From NCBI GenBank assembly GCA_963771395.1, contig CAVYTY010000021.1:5986-69985 (forward strand): a stretch of DNA of 64,000 bases. Reading direction: 5' to 3'. A program made the translations under genes and the position numbers. The DNA comes from an uncultured Acidobacteriota bacterium (GTDB lineage Bacteria > Acidobacteriota > Vicinamibacteria > Vicinamibacterales > 2-12-FULL-66-21). Each line of letters begins with the position of its first letter. Positions within the stretch are counted from its first letter, which is position 1. Shown one piece after another: positions 54,977 through 64,000 of this stretch. Below the pieces are notes generated by a model. The model worked only from the letters and a program-made list of their open reading frames with translations. It did not search any database and was not told the DNA's origin.

Positions 54977-57284
54977 ATGAAGGGCAGCGTCGCGCCGTGC
55001 GCTGTTGAAAGCGTCAGGCGCGCTCATCGTGAGCTTTTCACTCGATCCAACCGACGCATTCGGCCAGGCCGTGGCAACGCTCGTGGGCAGTCCAGCGAAG
55101 GATGTCGACGGGTGGCTCGCCATCGCGGCCGATGGCACCGTCACCGCCTTCACCGGCAAATGCGAGATAGGGCAGGGACTCTATACCGCACAGACTCAGC
55201 TCGTTGCGGAAGAGCTCTCGGTGCCGGTCACGCGCGTGAAACTGATTCAATGTCAGACCGGCACGACACCGGATCAAGGCGTGACGTCCGGCGCGCAGTC
55301 GCATCCACAGAATTTCAATCACGCGAATCTCGCGCTCGCCGGCGCGACCGCGCGCGAGGCTCTGCTGCAGATGGCGTCGAAGCATCTCGGCGTGCCTGTC
55401 GACCAACTGACCGTCGGCGACGGGGTCGTCCGCCATCAAACGGGAAAGGTGACCTACGGCGAGTTGATCGGCGGCAAGAAGTTCAACCTCGCGCTCAGCA
55501 GCACGGCGAAGCGCCGGCATCCGCGCGAATGGACGGTGCTCGGTACATCCGTCAAGCGTCTCGACATGCCGGAGATGGTGACCGGCCGTCTCGAGTACGT
55601 GCACAACGTCCGCGTGCCGGGGATGGTCCACGGCAGAGTTGTCCGTCCTCCAACCGTTGGCGCAACGCTGGCAAGCGTCGACGAGCGCTCGGTCGGCAGT
55701 ATGCCCGGCTTCATCAAGGTGGTCGTCAAGAACAACTTTGTCGGCGTCGTCTTCGAGAAGCAGTGGCAGGCCATTCAGGCAGCGGCAAAACTCACGGCAA
55801 CGTGGAAACCTGGTCCTTCGCTTCCTCCACAGGCGAGCTTCTACGACCACATGCGCACGCTGCCGAGCCGCGACACGCTGCTGGTCGATTCGAGGGACGT
55901 CGAGGCGAACCTCGAGTCTGCCGCTCAGGTCGTGCGCGCGACGTACCTGCATCCGTATCACATGCACGGATCGATCGGATCCTCCTGCGCCGTCGCTGAC
56001 GTGAAAGCGGACAGCGCGACGATCTGGTCGCCGACGCAGGGCGTCTATCCGCAGCGCGACAGCTGCGCGATGGTCCTCGGGATGCCGAAGGACAAGGTGA
56101 AGGTGATCTACTCGCGCGGGTCCGGGTGCTACGGCCTGAACGGCGCCGATACGGTGTCGTACGATGCGGCGCTCTTGTCGCAGGCCGTTGGACGGCCCGT
56201 GCGCGTGCAGCTTTCGCGCCAGGACGAAATGGCGTGGGAGAACTTCGGCCTCGCTTTCGTCGTCGATCAGCGCGGAGGGCTCGATCGTGATGGCAACATC
56301 GTCGCGTGGGACTACCAAGCGTGGTCTGCGACCCGCGGCGGACGACCGGGATACGGCCAGCCGGGCAATCAGGTCACAGGTTTTCTGGCCGGCTTCCAGC
56401 CTGCCGCGTTTACTCCGCGCTCACCGGCGCCACCGCCAAAGGGTTCCTTGGCGAATGGACAGAACGTTGTCCCGTCGTACGTCGCCGGGTCCATCAATGG
56501 CGTTTCCGGCGGCACTGGCAGCGTCAAGAGCGAGCGCATGCTCTCGCGTGTCGTCGAGTCTCCGTTCTGGACCGGCCCTCTCCGCTCGCCGAATCGCCTG
56601 CAGAACACGTTCGCGCACGAATGCTTCATGGACGAGCTGGCCGCGCGCGCACAAGCGGATCCCGTGGAATATCGACTGCGTCATCTCCGCGATCCGAGAT
56701 TGATTGGCGTCGTGCGCGCTGCCGCAAAGGCGGCAAACTGGCAAACGCGACCATCGCCGCGAACCCGGAACACGGAACCGTCAGCACGGAACCTCGACCC
56801 TGGAACCGGGGGTCTTTCCGGGCGTGGCATCGCCTGCGTTCTGTACGAAGGCGACAACGGTTACTGCGCGATGGTCGCGGAAGTCGAGGTGAACATCGGG
56901 ACCGGCGCGGTCGCCGTGAAACGCCTCGTGATGGCTCTCGATTGCGGACCGGTCTCGAACCCTGATGGAATCCGCAGTCAGGCCGAAGGCGGTGCGCTTC
57001 ACGGCGTCAGCCGGGCACTGTTCGAGGAAGTGACGTGGGACGATGAGAAGGTGACGTCTGTGGATTGGCGGACGTATCGCACGTTCCCGGTGGGGTTCGA
57101 TATCCCGAGGCTCGAGACCGTGCTGATCGACACGATGGATGCAGAAGCCAACGGAGCAGGCGAGACGTCAATCACCGTCACGGCGGCAGCGATCGGCAAC
57201 GCGATCTTCGATGCCACCGGGCTGCGGATGAGACAAGTGCCCTTCACGCCGGAACGTGTGAAAGCGGCGAGCGGGGCAAATTGA
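54977..57284 (+). CDS. Molybdopterin-binding large subunit (IorB-like), Tat signal (frameshift ~54990)
   Basis: SRRALLK, GKCEIGQG, GSGCYG, LRSP, GAGE, NAIFDATG. Confidence 0.92.
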
Positions 57285-57299
57285 GCCGGGCCGTTGCGG

Positions 57300-57464
57300 G
57301 CATGCCCGAATCTGCTTCGCCCTCGCCTGAAGTGCCTTGCTCGGCGACCGCTCGAAGTCGCCGAGGTGCCTCCGCACGCTTGGCATTAGCTTCGCTTTCC
57401 GTTCCGCGAGTGTGGCAAGGCCGTCGAGCGCCCACGCCTTCATGAAAGTCTGCGGAAACGCCAA
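57300..57464 (-). pseudogene. Possible C-terminal remnant of a helical-repeat hypothetical gene
   Basis: FMKAWALDGLATLAE...SPSKALQARAKQIR looks protein-like but lacks an N-terminus. Confidence 0.35.
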
Positions 57465-57716
57465 ACGAATAAGTAGGCTGGACCAGCAATTGCAACCCGC
57501 CTTAGTGTCGATGCGGCGGGCCGTGACGGACGCTGCTATCGGCTATCCGATCGGATACATCGCTATCCACTCGGATAGACACTTTGCTGTCCGCGAGGTG
57601 CGTCTGAACGCGGGACGCTCGGTATTCTCGGGCAAGTCCGGCGGCTCGCAGATTGCACTCGACGAAGACCGTCAATCGCCGAAGTCTTTCCGCCTTTGTG
57701 CAAGAGAGGTCTCACG

Positions 57717-60700
57717 ATGCAGCGAACGACGAACACCTCGAAGAACCTTTGCCTGGGCGGGTTGGTGCTGCTGGCTTCTTTCACCTTGATTCCTCGACTA
57801 GTCTCGGGCGAAACCGTGCCGACCTGGGAGTCGCAGCAAGCCGACCAGATGATCGAGGAGATGCGGGCGCTGTCTGCTCGAGGGAAACCTGACGAAGCCA
57901 TACCGATTGGGATCCGCGCCGCAACGATTTACGAGAAGCAGTACCGGTTCGGGACACCCGCGCGTTGCGGGGACGCTTATCGAACTGTCGGAGTTGTATC
58001 GTCGAACGGGAGATCATCTCCGCGCGAAATCACACTACGAACGGACCTTGGAGCTCGTGGAGAAGGGGCTCGACTCCGAGGCGAATGCGGCGATCGTTCT
58101 GGACGGCCTCAATTTCGTCAAGCGCCAGGAGTCACGAGGGCAGTCCATCGAGGATTTTTTTGTGGACCGTTTGTACGATCGCCCTCTGGCCGTGCCTGTC
58201 GAAGTACGTCGCGACTATCCAGATGTCATCATCATGCTCTGCGACATTGCCCCATCCTATGGGGACCGAGCGCTCTCGGTCCGTTCGCAGCAGCTCCTCG
58301 AGCGCGCCTTGACGGTCGTCGAAAGGCAATTCAGTTCAGAAGAGTTGGCCGTCACCTTGACGGACCTTGCCGAGTTCTACATCACGAAAGGCGACTACGT
58401 GACGGCGAGACCGTTCAGCGAGCGTGCGCTTGGAATTGTCGACGGCGTGTTTGGGCGGCGGCATTCGGTGTTTGCTGCGGCTCTCAACAATTCCGCGGTA
58501 GTGTGCGACGTGGATGGCGACTACGGTCGTGCAGCGACTTTGTATAAGAATGCCCTCGAGATTGCGCAAGAGGATGGCGGGCCATTCAACCCGGCGGTTG
58601 TGATCATCCTGTCGAACGCCGCGATCGCGGCATGGAAGAACCGCGATTATCCAGAGGCGATCGGGCTGCTGGGCCAGGCCGCGGAGGCTCGCGAGCGCCA
58701 GATGCAATCGTACTTCGAGCTCGGTTTTCATGAAGATAGAGCGACTGCCCTGGCCGCGTCCCTGGCCCGCGAGACCAACGTCATCATCTCCCTTGCGACC
58801 GAAGCCGGCGGTCCAGCGGTGAATACTGCGTTGAGGGCGGTGGCGCAGAACAAGGGACGCGTGCTGGATGCGATCGTGCGCCGTGTCACCGGGCGGGCCA
58901 GCATTGAAGATCGCCCATTCATCGCTCAGCAGGTCTCCTTCAACGTCTCGCCTTCTGTCCAGGTGAAGTCTACGGAACCCGCTGAGCCGGTTCGCCAGAA
59001 ATCGACGGACCCTGAAACTCGAGCTGCCCGTGTCCGGGAGATGCGCGAGCTCATCCAGAAGCGACGGAATCTGCAGGATCGAATCCGCGAATTGTCCCAG
59101 AGTGGCCAATGCAGAACGCAGCCCGATGCCTGCCAATCAGAATTGGAGAAACTCAGAGAGGTCAACGATGCATGGGACCTGTTGACGTCCGGTGGGGATG
59201 CTCGCGAGCTTGAGAGACGCCGTGAGTCGCGCCGCGTACAGGAGATGCGCAAGCGGTTGAATGATTTGCGAAGCCAAGGACTGGCTGACACCGAGGAGTA
59301 TCGTGCGCTGGCTGCTGAATTCGAAAGGTTAGCCGACGAGTCCAGTCAAAAGCGGCGACGAGGCTGGGAAGAAGAGATCCGCCAGCTGTCGCAGGAGCTG
59401 CGGGAGGTCAACTCGAGACTCAGCAACCTCGCTGTGCGCGGCCTGAGCAACACTGACGAGTACTACACGCTCGAACGTCGGCGCCGCGAACTCGAGGAAG
59501 ACATCAGTTACCTGCGCGAGGGGATCGCCGGACCTGAAAAGCCGTCGGAAGCGCCACGACCAGGGTCGAAATCCGGCTTGGCACCTGAAGGCGTGGAGCC
59601 GCTTCAACAGCTGATTCCGCCCGGTGCGGCCCTGGTTGAATTCGCCCTGTACCAGCCGTTCAACCCGGAGGAAAACCCCGGGGGGAAGCCTCGCTGGGGA
59701 TCCCCGCGCTATATGGCATTTGTAGTCAAGCGCGAAGGCAAGGCGATCGCGGTGGATCTTGGTGAGGCCCGCCCGATCGAAACCGCCGTCTCGGATTTGC
59801 TGGCGGGTTTGCGTCTCCGCGCCCCGAATGTGACAGACATGGCAAGTGAGCTCGGCGATCGGCTCGTCGCACCGCTCGGTCCTCATCTCGGCAGTGCCGA
59901 GCACGTGCTGATTTCGCCGGACGGGTTGCTCAATCTCCTGCCGTTCGGAGTGCTCCGTGACGCGGAGGGGCGTTACCTCATCGAGCAGAAGAGAATTACC
60001 TACCTCACGAGCGGGCGTGACCTGGTGCGCCTGGCGAACAGCTCGCCGAGCCGCCAGGGGCCGATCGTGCTGGCGGATCCTGACTTTGGACCGCTCGAGG
60101 GGCCCGCCACCGGCTCTGCCCAGAGGCTGCTTTCGGTGGAGCAGTCGCGTGATGCTCTGAGCTTCACACGTCTGCCGGGCACTCGTGAGGAGGCGCAGTC
60201 GCTGAAAGCGATGCTCGGCCTGAGCGACGAACAGGTGCTGACGGAAGGTCGAGCGACAGAAGCCGCCCTCAAGCAACTTGGAGGGCCGCGCATCCTGCAT
60301 CTCGCCACCCATGGCTTTTCAGACATGACGTGGAGCCCCGCCGACGGGTCACGGCCGATCGGGCAGGACCGGCCTTCAGAGTCAAAGTTGGCGAATTCGT
60401 TGGTGCGTTCGGGGCTGGCCTTGGCTGGTGCGAATCAGCGCCGCTCCGGGGATGACGACGGGATTCTCACGGCGCTCGAGGTGGCCGGACTGGATCTGGC
60501 TGGAACTGAGCTGGCGGTGCTGTCGGCCTGCGAGACGGGAGTGGGGCAGGTGCAGAACGGCGAAGGTATCTACGGACTGCGGCGAGCGCTGGTGCTCGCG
60601 GGCGTGCGCATGCAGGTCGACAGTTTGTGGAAGGTCGAGGATTCTGCGACACGGGACCTGATGATTGACTTCTACGGGCGCCTGCTCGCCGGGACGAGCC

Positions 60701-60819
60701 GCTCACAGTCGCTGCGCGAAGCGCAGCTGGCGATGCTTCGCGATCCCCGCCGCGCCCACCCCTTCTACTGGGCAGCGTTCATCGCAATCGGAGACGACAA
60801 GCCGATGAGCGGCTGGTAA
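57717..60819 (+). CDS. TPR-CHAT (caspase-like) protease with predicted signal peptide (frameshift ~57940)
   Basis: GAGG RBS, hydrophobic leader, TPRs, KGRVLD, coiled coil, ISPDGLLNLLPF, HLATHG, LSACETG, HPFYWAAF. Confidence 0.9.
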
Positions 60820-60860
60820 CCGTCTCGAAGATGTCCGCTTCAGTTCACGGGTCGCACAGG

Positions 60861-61583
60861 ATGACAACGCCGATCTTCATCAGTTATCGGGAAGAAGACG
60901 CCAAGCCGTGGGCGCTTCTCTTGCGGGATGAGTTGGCTGCTGCGTTTGGCGAGGAGCAGCTGTTCCTCGACAAGGATGCATTGCGCTCGGGTGAATGGCG
61001 GGCGCAGATTCGCGAGGCATTGAGCCGCTGCCGCGTGATGCTCGTCGTCATGGGACGCCGCTGGCTCACAGCTTCAAGCGGCAGCGGCCAACGGCGCCTT
61101 GACGATGTCGCCGACGTGCACCGCCAGGAAATTGCGCTGGCCCTTTCTCTGGCCCATGTCACGCTGATCCCCGTGCGCGTCGATGGAACGGTGATGCCGC
61201 GCGCCGAGGAGCTGCCCGAAGACATTCGTTCCCTCACCGAGCGCCAGTCGTACCAGATCTCCGACGGTAGTGCACGTCGTGCAGCCGACCTTGCGCTTCT
61301 GCTGGCAGATATCAAGCGGCTGACGGGATTGAAAGAACGCGCAAAACTGCCTGGCGGTAGTGGCCGTGCGACCCACCTGCAATGGCTCACGAGAGCCGCG
61401 GCGATCGTTCTTGCCGGACTCGTCGCCAGCATCGCCATTCTGGTCGGCACAGAAATCGCACTTGGGTGGACGTTCGATCCAGCGGAGATCTCGCTCATAG
61501 TACTGATCTGCACAGGGATGATGATTCCTGGCGCGAGACTCCGGGCTCGCTGGAAAGGGAGGAGCCACGATGTGCGAACCTAG
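60861..61583 (+). CDS. TIR-domain (TIR_2) protein with two C-terminal TM helices
   Basis: IFISYREED, LFLD, VHRQEIALAL (catalytic-position Glu), LIPVRV, two hydrophobic segments; alternative start at 60831. Confidence 0.88.
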   Translation: MTTPIFISYREEDAKPWALLLRDELAAAFGEEQLFLDKDALRSGEWRAQIREALSRCRVMLVVMGRRWLTASSGSGQRRLDDVADVHRQEIALALSLAHVTLIPVRVDGTVMPRAEELPEDIRSLTERQSYQISDGSARRAADLALLLADIKRLTGLKERAKLPGGSGRATHLQWLTRAAAIVLAGLVASIAILVGTEIALGWTFDPAEISLIVLICTGMMIPGARLRARWKGRSHDVRT

Positions 61584-62565
61584 GCGTCGCGTCTGCGGCC
61601 ACGATGTTGTGAAATCGCCCGATCCCATCGTCAGGCGGACACTTCTGACTTTCTTGGCCGTTATCACGTTATTCATGTCCGGACGTGAATTACGCGCGCA
61701 GGATACCGATATCGCGGCGGCTCAACGAATCACCAGGCAGATAGAACAGCTTGAAGCTGCTGGGGACTACCTCGCGGCGATACCGCTGGCCGAGCAGGCC
61801 GCGGCGATTTACGAGCGGACGCTCGGCGCGGAGAGTCTCGTCACGGAGGCCGCGCGCGGCAGATTGGCTGTGCTCTACGTGTTGGCCGGAGAATTCGAGC
61901 AGGCCGAGGCCCTTCTCCGGCGTGTTTTTCAGGGAAGCCTGCGCGGGCCGCTCAGCGGAAGAGGCTTTCTCACGCTCGAGGGTACCGAGCGGCACGAACC
62001 CGCGGGCTATGGGCTGTATAGCTATCTGCTTTTCAACGCACCTCCCAGGGACCAGGCCGAGCGGGCGCGGTACCTGAAGGCGGTCGAAGCGCACATCCTG
62101 CTGCTGCCGCCCATGGCCGAACTGGAAAGGTATAGGCGTCGGAGCCAACTGAACTTGACGCTCCTTCCAGTGCGACAACTTCCCTCTGGGATAGACAAGC
62201 TGGAGGCGGGCGAGGCTGCGGCACAAGTGCTGTCGGTCTACGACTACGCGCGCGCCAACGTACTACTCGACGACCTCGGCATTGACGCCAGGCAGAGCGG
62301 ACCCTATCTGGTGTCCAGAATGTCAGGTATCGCCGGAGAGACAGGCCCGCGGTTGTTGTTCGACATGAGCCACGTCGAGTCGAAACTGGTGTGGGACTGG
62401 ACACGAACATTCAGTTGGTGTGCCGCGCAGGAGCGCTCGTGGTCGGAGGTCGCCCTGAACAAACTCGAGCTCAATATCAGGAATGTGATCGCCAAAGGAG
62501 CGGCGACGAGCGCAGATGTCGTGGTCGCGCTCGAGCAGTGGGTGCGCATGATCAGGACCAAGTGA
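61570..62565 (+). CDS. Exported TPR protein with an uncharacterised C-terminal domain
   Basis: RRTLLTFLAVITLF leader, TPR AIPLAEQAAAIYERTLG, then EPAGYGLYSYLLF...YDYARA...GPYLVS. Confidence 0.78.
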   Translation: MCEPRRRVCGHDVVKSPDPIVRRTLLTFLAVITLFMSGRELRAQDTDIAAAQRITRQIEQLEAAGDYLAAIPLAEQAAAIYERTLGAESLVTEAARGRLAVLYVLAGEFEQAEALLRRVFQGSLRGPLSGRGFLTLEGTERHEPAGYGLYSYLLFNAPPRDQAERARYLKAVEAHILLLPPMAELERYRRRSQLNLTLLPVRQLPSGIDKLEAGEAAAQVLSVYDYARANVLLDDLGIDARQSGPYLVSRMSGIAGETGPRLLFDMSHVESKLVWDWTRTFSWCAAQERSWSEVALNKLELNIRNVIAKGAATSADVVVALEQWVRMIRTK

Positions 62566-62869
62566 GCGCGCGGCGTTTCTGATTTCGGGACGGCGCGTCC
62601 GAGAACGGGTCCGAAGCGGCGGACCACGTCGCCGAGCCTGAGGTCGGCTGTCGTCCTCTGGTGAGAGCGCGGACCGCGTTGTGGCCCTGCCAAGAATCTT
62701 CACACGAGGCGCCCTTATCCGGCACGACGATTTCTGCCGTGATCGAGTGCGACGTGTTCTCGATGAGTCTGGGCGGTGAGGTGGGACCTGCGGCACTCCA
62801 GGTCGCCGAATCCGCCGAATCCAATGAGCCCCAATTCCCGCGATCTGCGCCTTGGACTTAGAGGACAAC

Positions 62870-63424
62870 ATGAAGGCTCTGACGATCGGAGGCGCGGTGT
62901 TACTACTTCTGTGCTCGGGCGGGAATCGAGTCGAGGCGCAGGGTGTCGCCTCGTCGTTCGACCAGCTCGGCGTTCTGGTCACGCCAGGCGACAAGATCAG
63001 CGTTGTCGATGTTGGCGGCAGAGAAGCCGAAGGGCGCATCGGAACGTTGTCGCGCGATACGTTGACCCTCTTCACCGAGGCCGGGCCGCGGCAGTTCGGC
63101 GAAGTCGAGGTGGCAAAGATCCGCCAGCGCCGGGGCGACTCGTTGCAAAACGGGGCCATCATCGGCGCTGTGGCGGGAACGGCATACTTCTTGACCTTGG
63201 CGGCGCTCCTCGGGGACAGCGACGGCGGCGATGTGATCGTGATCACCGCGGTTGCCGGGGGTGTGTTGTTCGCGGGGATGGGCGCAGCAGCGGGAGTGGG
63301 GATCGATGCGCTGATTACGCGCAGACAGGTGATCTACCAGAAGCCCGCCGGCGAGAAGAGAGTCAGCGTTTCACCACTCTTCAGCCGTGGACGTCGAGGC
63401 GCCGCAGTCACGGTGACGTTCTAA
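62870..63424 (+). CDS. Secreted/membrane protein with a glycine-zipper-like hydrophobic hairpin
   Basis: GAGG RBS, signal peptide, DSLQNGAIIGA, GVGIDALI, C-terminal VTVTF. Confidence 0.72.
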   Translation: MKALTIGGAVLLLLCSGGNRVEAQGVASSFDQLGVLVTPGDKISVVDVGGREAEGRIGTLSRDTLTLFTEAGPRQFGEVEVAKIRQRRGDSLQNGAIIGAVAGTAYFLTLAALLGDSDGGDVIVITAVAGGVLFAGMGAAAGVGIDALITRRQVIYQKPAGEKRVSVSPLFSRGRRGAAVTVTF

Positions 63425-63508
63425 CGTCGGTACAATCATCACACCGCGGGGTGGCGGGTCAGTGCAAAGCGCCTTGCCGCCCGCTGTGGGCGCAGAGTAG
63501 GGTGGCAC

Positions 63509-64000
63509 ATGCCCCTCTTTCTCGCCCTCCTCGAAGGCTTCGGCCTCGGGGGCTCGCTCATCATCGCCATCGGCGCCCAGAACGCCTTCGTGCTCCGTCA
63601 GGGCCTGAAACGCCAGCATGTCTTCCTGTCGGCCGCGTTTTGCTCGCTGGCCGACCTGGCCCTCATCGCCGGCGGCGTCTTCGGCCTCGGAGCCCTGGTC
63701 CGCGACCAGGCCTGGTTCCTCACGCTGATGACGTGGGGCGGGGCGGCCTTCCTCGCTTGGTATGGAACGAAAGCCGCCCGGCGGGCCTGGAAACCGGGCA
63801 CGCTCGAAGCCGGAGATGAGGCGCCCTTGCCCTTGATGGCGGTTGTCGCGACGTTGGCGGCATTCACCTTCTTGAACCCCCACGTCTATCTCGACACGGT
63901 GCTGTTGTTGGGGGGACTGGGGGCAAGGCATCCAGCGCGGGAACAGCCCTGGTTCGTGCTCGGGGCGTCGCTGGCCTCTGTGACGTGGTTCTTCGGGCTG
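63509..64000 (+). CDS. LysE/ArgO-family amino acid exporter (partial, runs off the window)
   Basis: GGSLIIAIGAQNAFVLRQG, TFLNPHVYLDT; absent from the ORF track because it has no stop. Confidence 0.92.
   Translation, partial: MPLFLALLEGFGLGGSLIIAIGAQNAFVLRQGLKRQHVFLSAAFCSLADLALIAGGVFGLGALVRDQAWFLTLMTWGGAAFLAWYGTKAARRAWKPGTLEAGDEAPLPLMAVVATLAAFTFLNPHVYLDTVLLLGGLGARHPAREQPWFVLGASLASVTWFFGL

Overview
GC-rich bacterial chromosomal DNA with about 60 protein-coding genes. The gene content (two PadR + duplicated-permease pairs, two VWA-type secreted proteins, Tat-exported Gfo/Idh/MocA, GMC and DUF1080 enzymes, a TPR Ser/Thr kinase) points to Acidobacteriota, probably Vicinamibacteria; this assignment is inference. 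About 25 genes, including rnc and purA, are broken by single-base indels. This is most simply explained by uncorrected long-read errors, so genes are reported as reconstructed across frames. Recognisable content includes rnc (fused to a DUF2007-like domain), hutH/hutU, purA, mak, corA, glpF/glpK, a 3-keto-glycoside-type catabolic cluster, a glycosylation cluster, an ECF sigma/anti-sigma pair and a Mo-hydroxylase pair. I saw no rRNA, tRNA, CRISPR array or transposase. Two things stand out. (1) A three-gene operon at 57.7-62.6 kb encodes a signal-peptide TPR-CHAT protease, a membrane-anchored TIR protein and an exported TPR protein with an unassigned domain, bounded by gene remnants. (2) A family of elements is built from 7- or 9-nt tandem repeats arranged as inverted arms. 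One copy carries a truncated four-helix-bundle gene and abuts rnc, an empty copy ends another gene with the same MLNAEC tail, and a one-armed copy sits beside a truncated inositol oxygenase gene.
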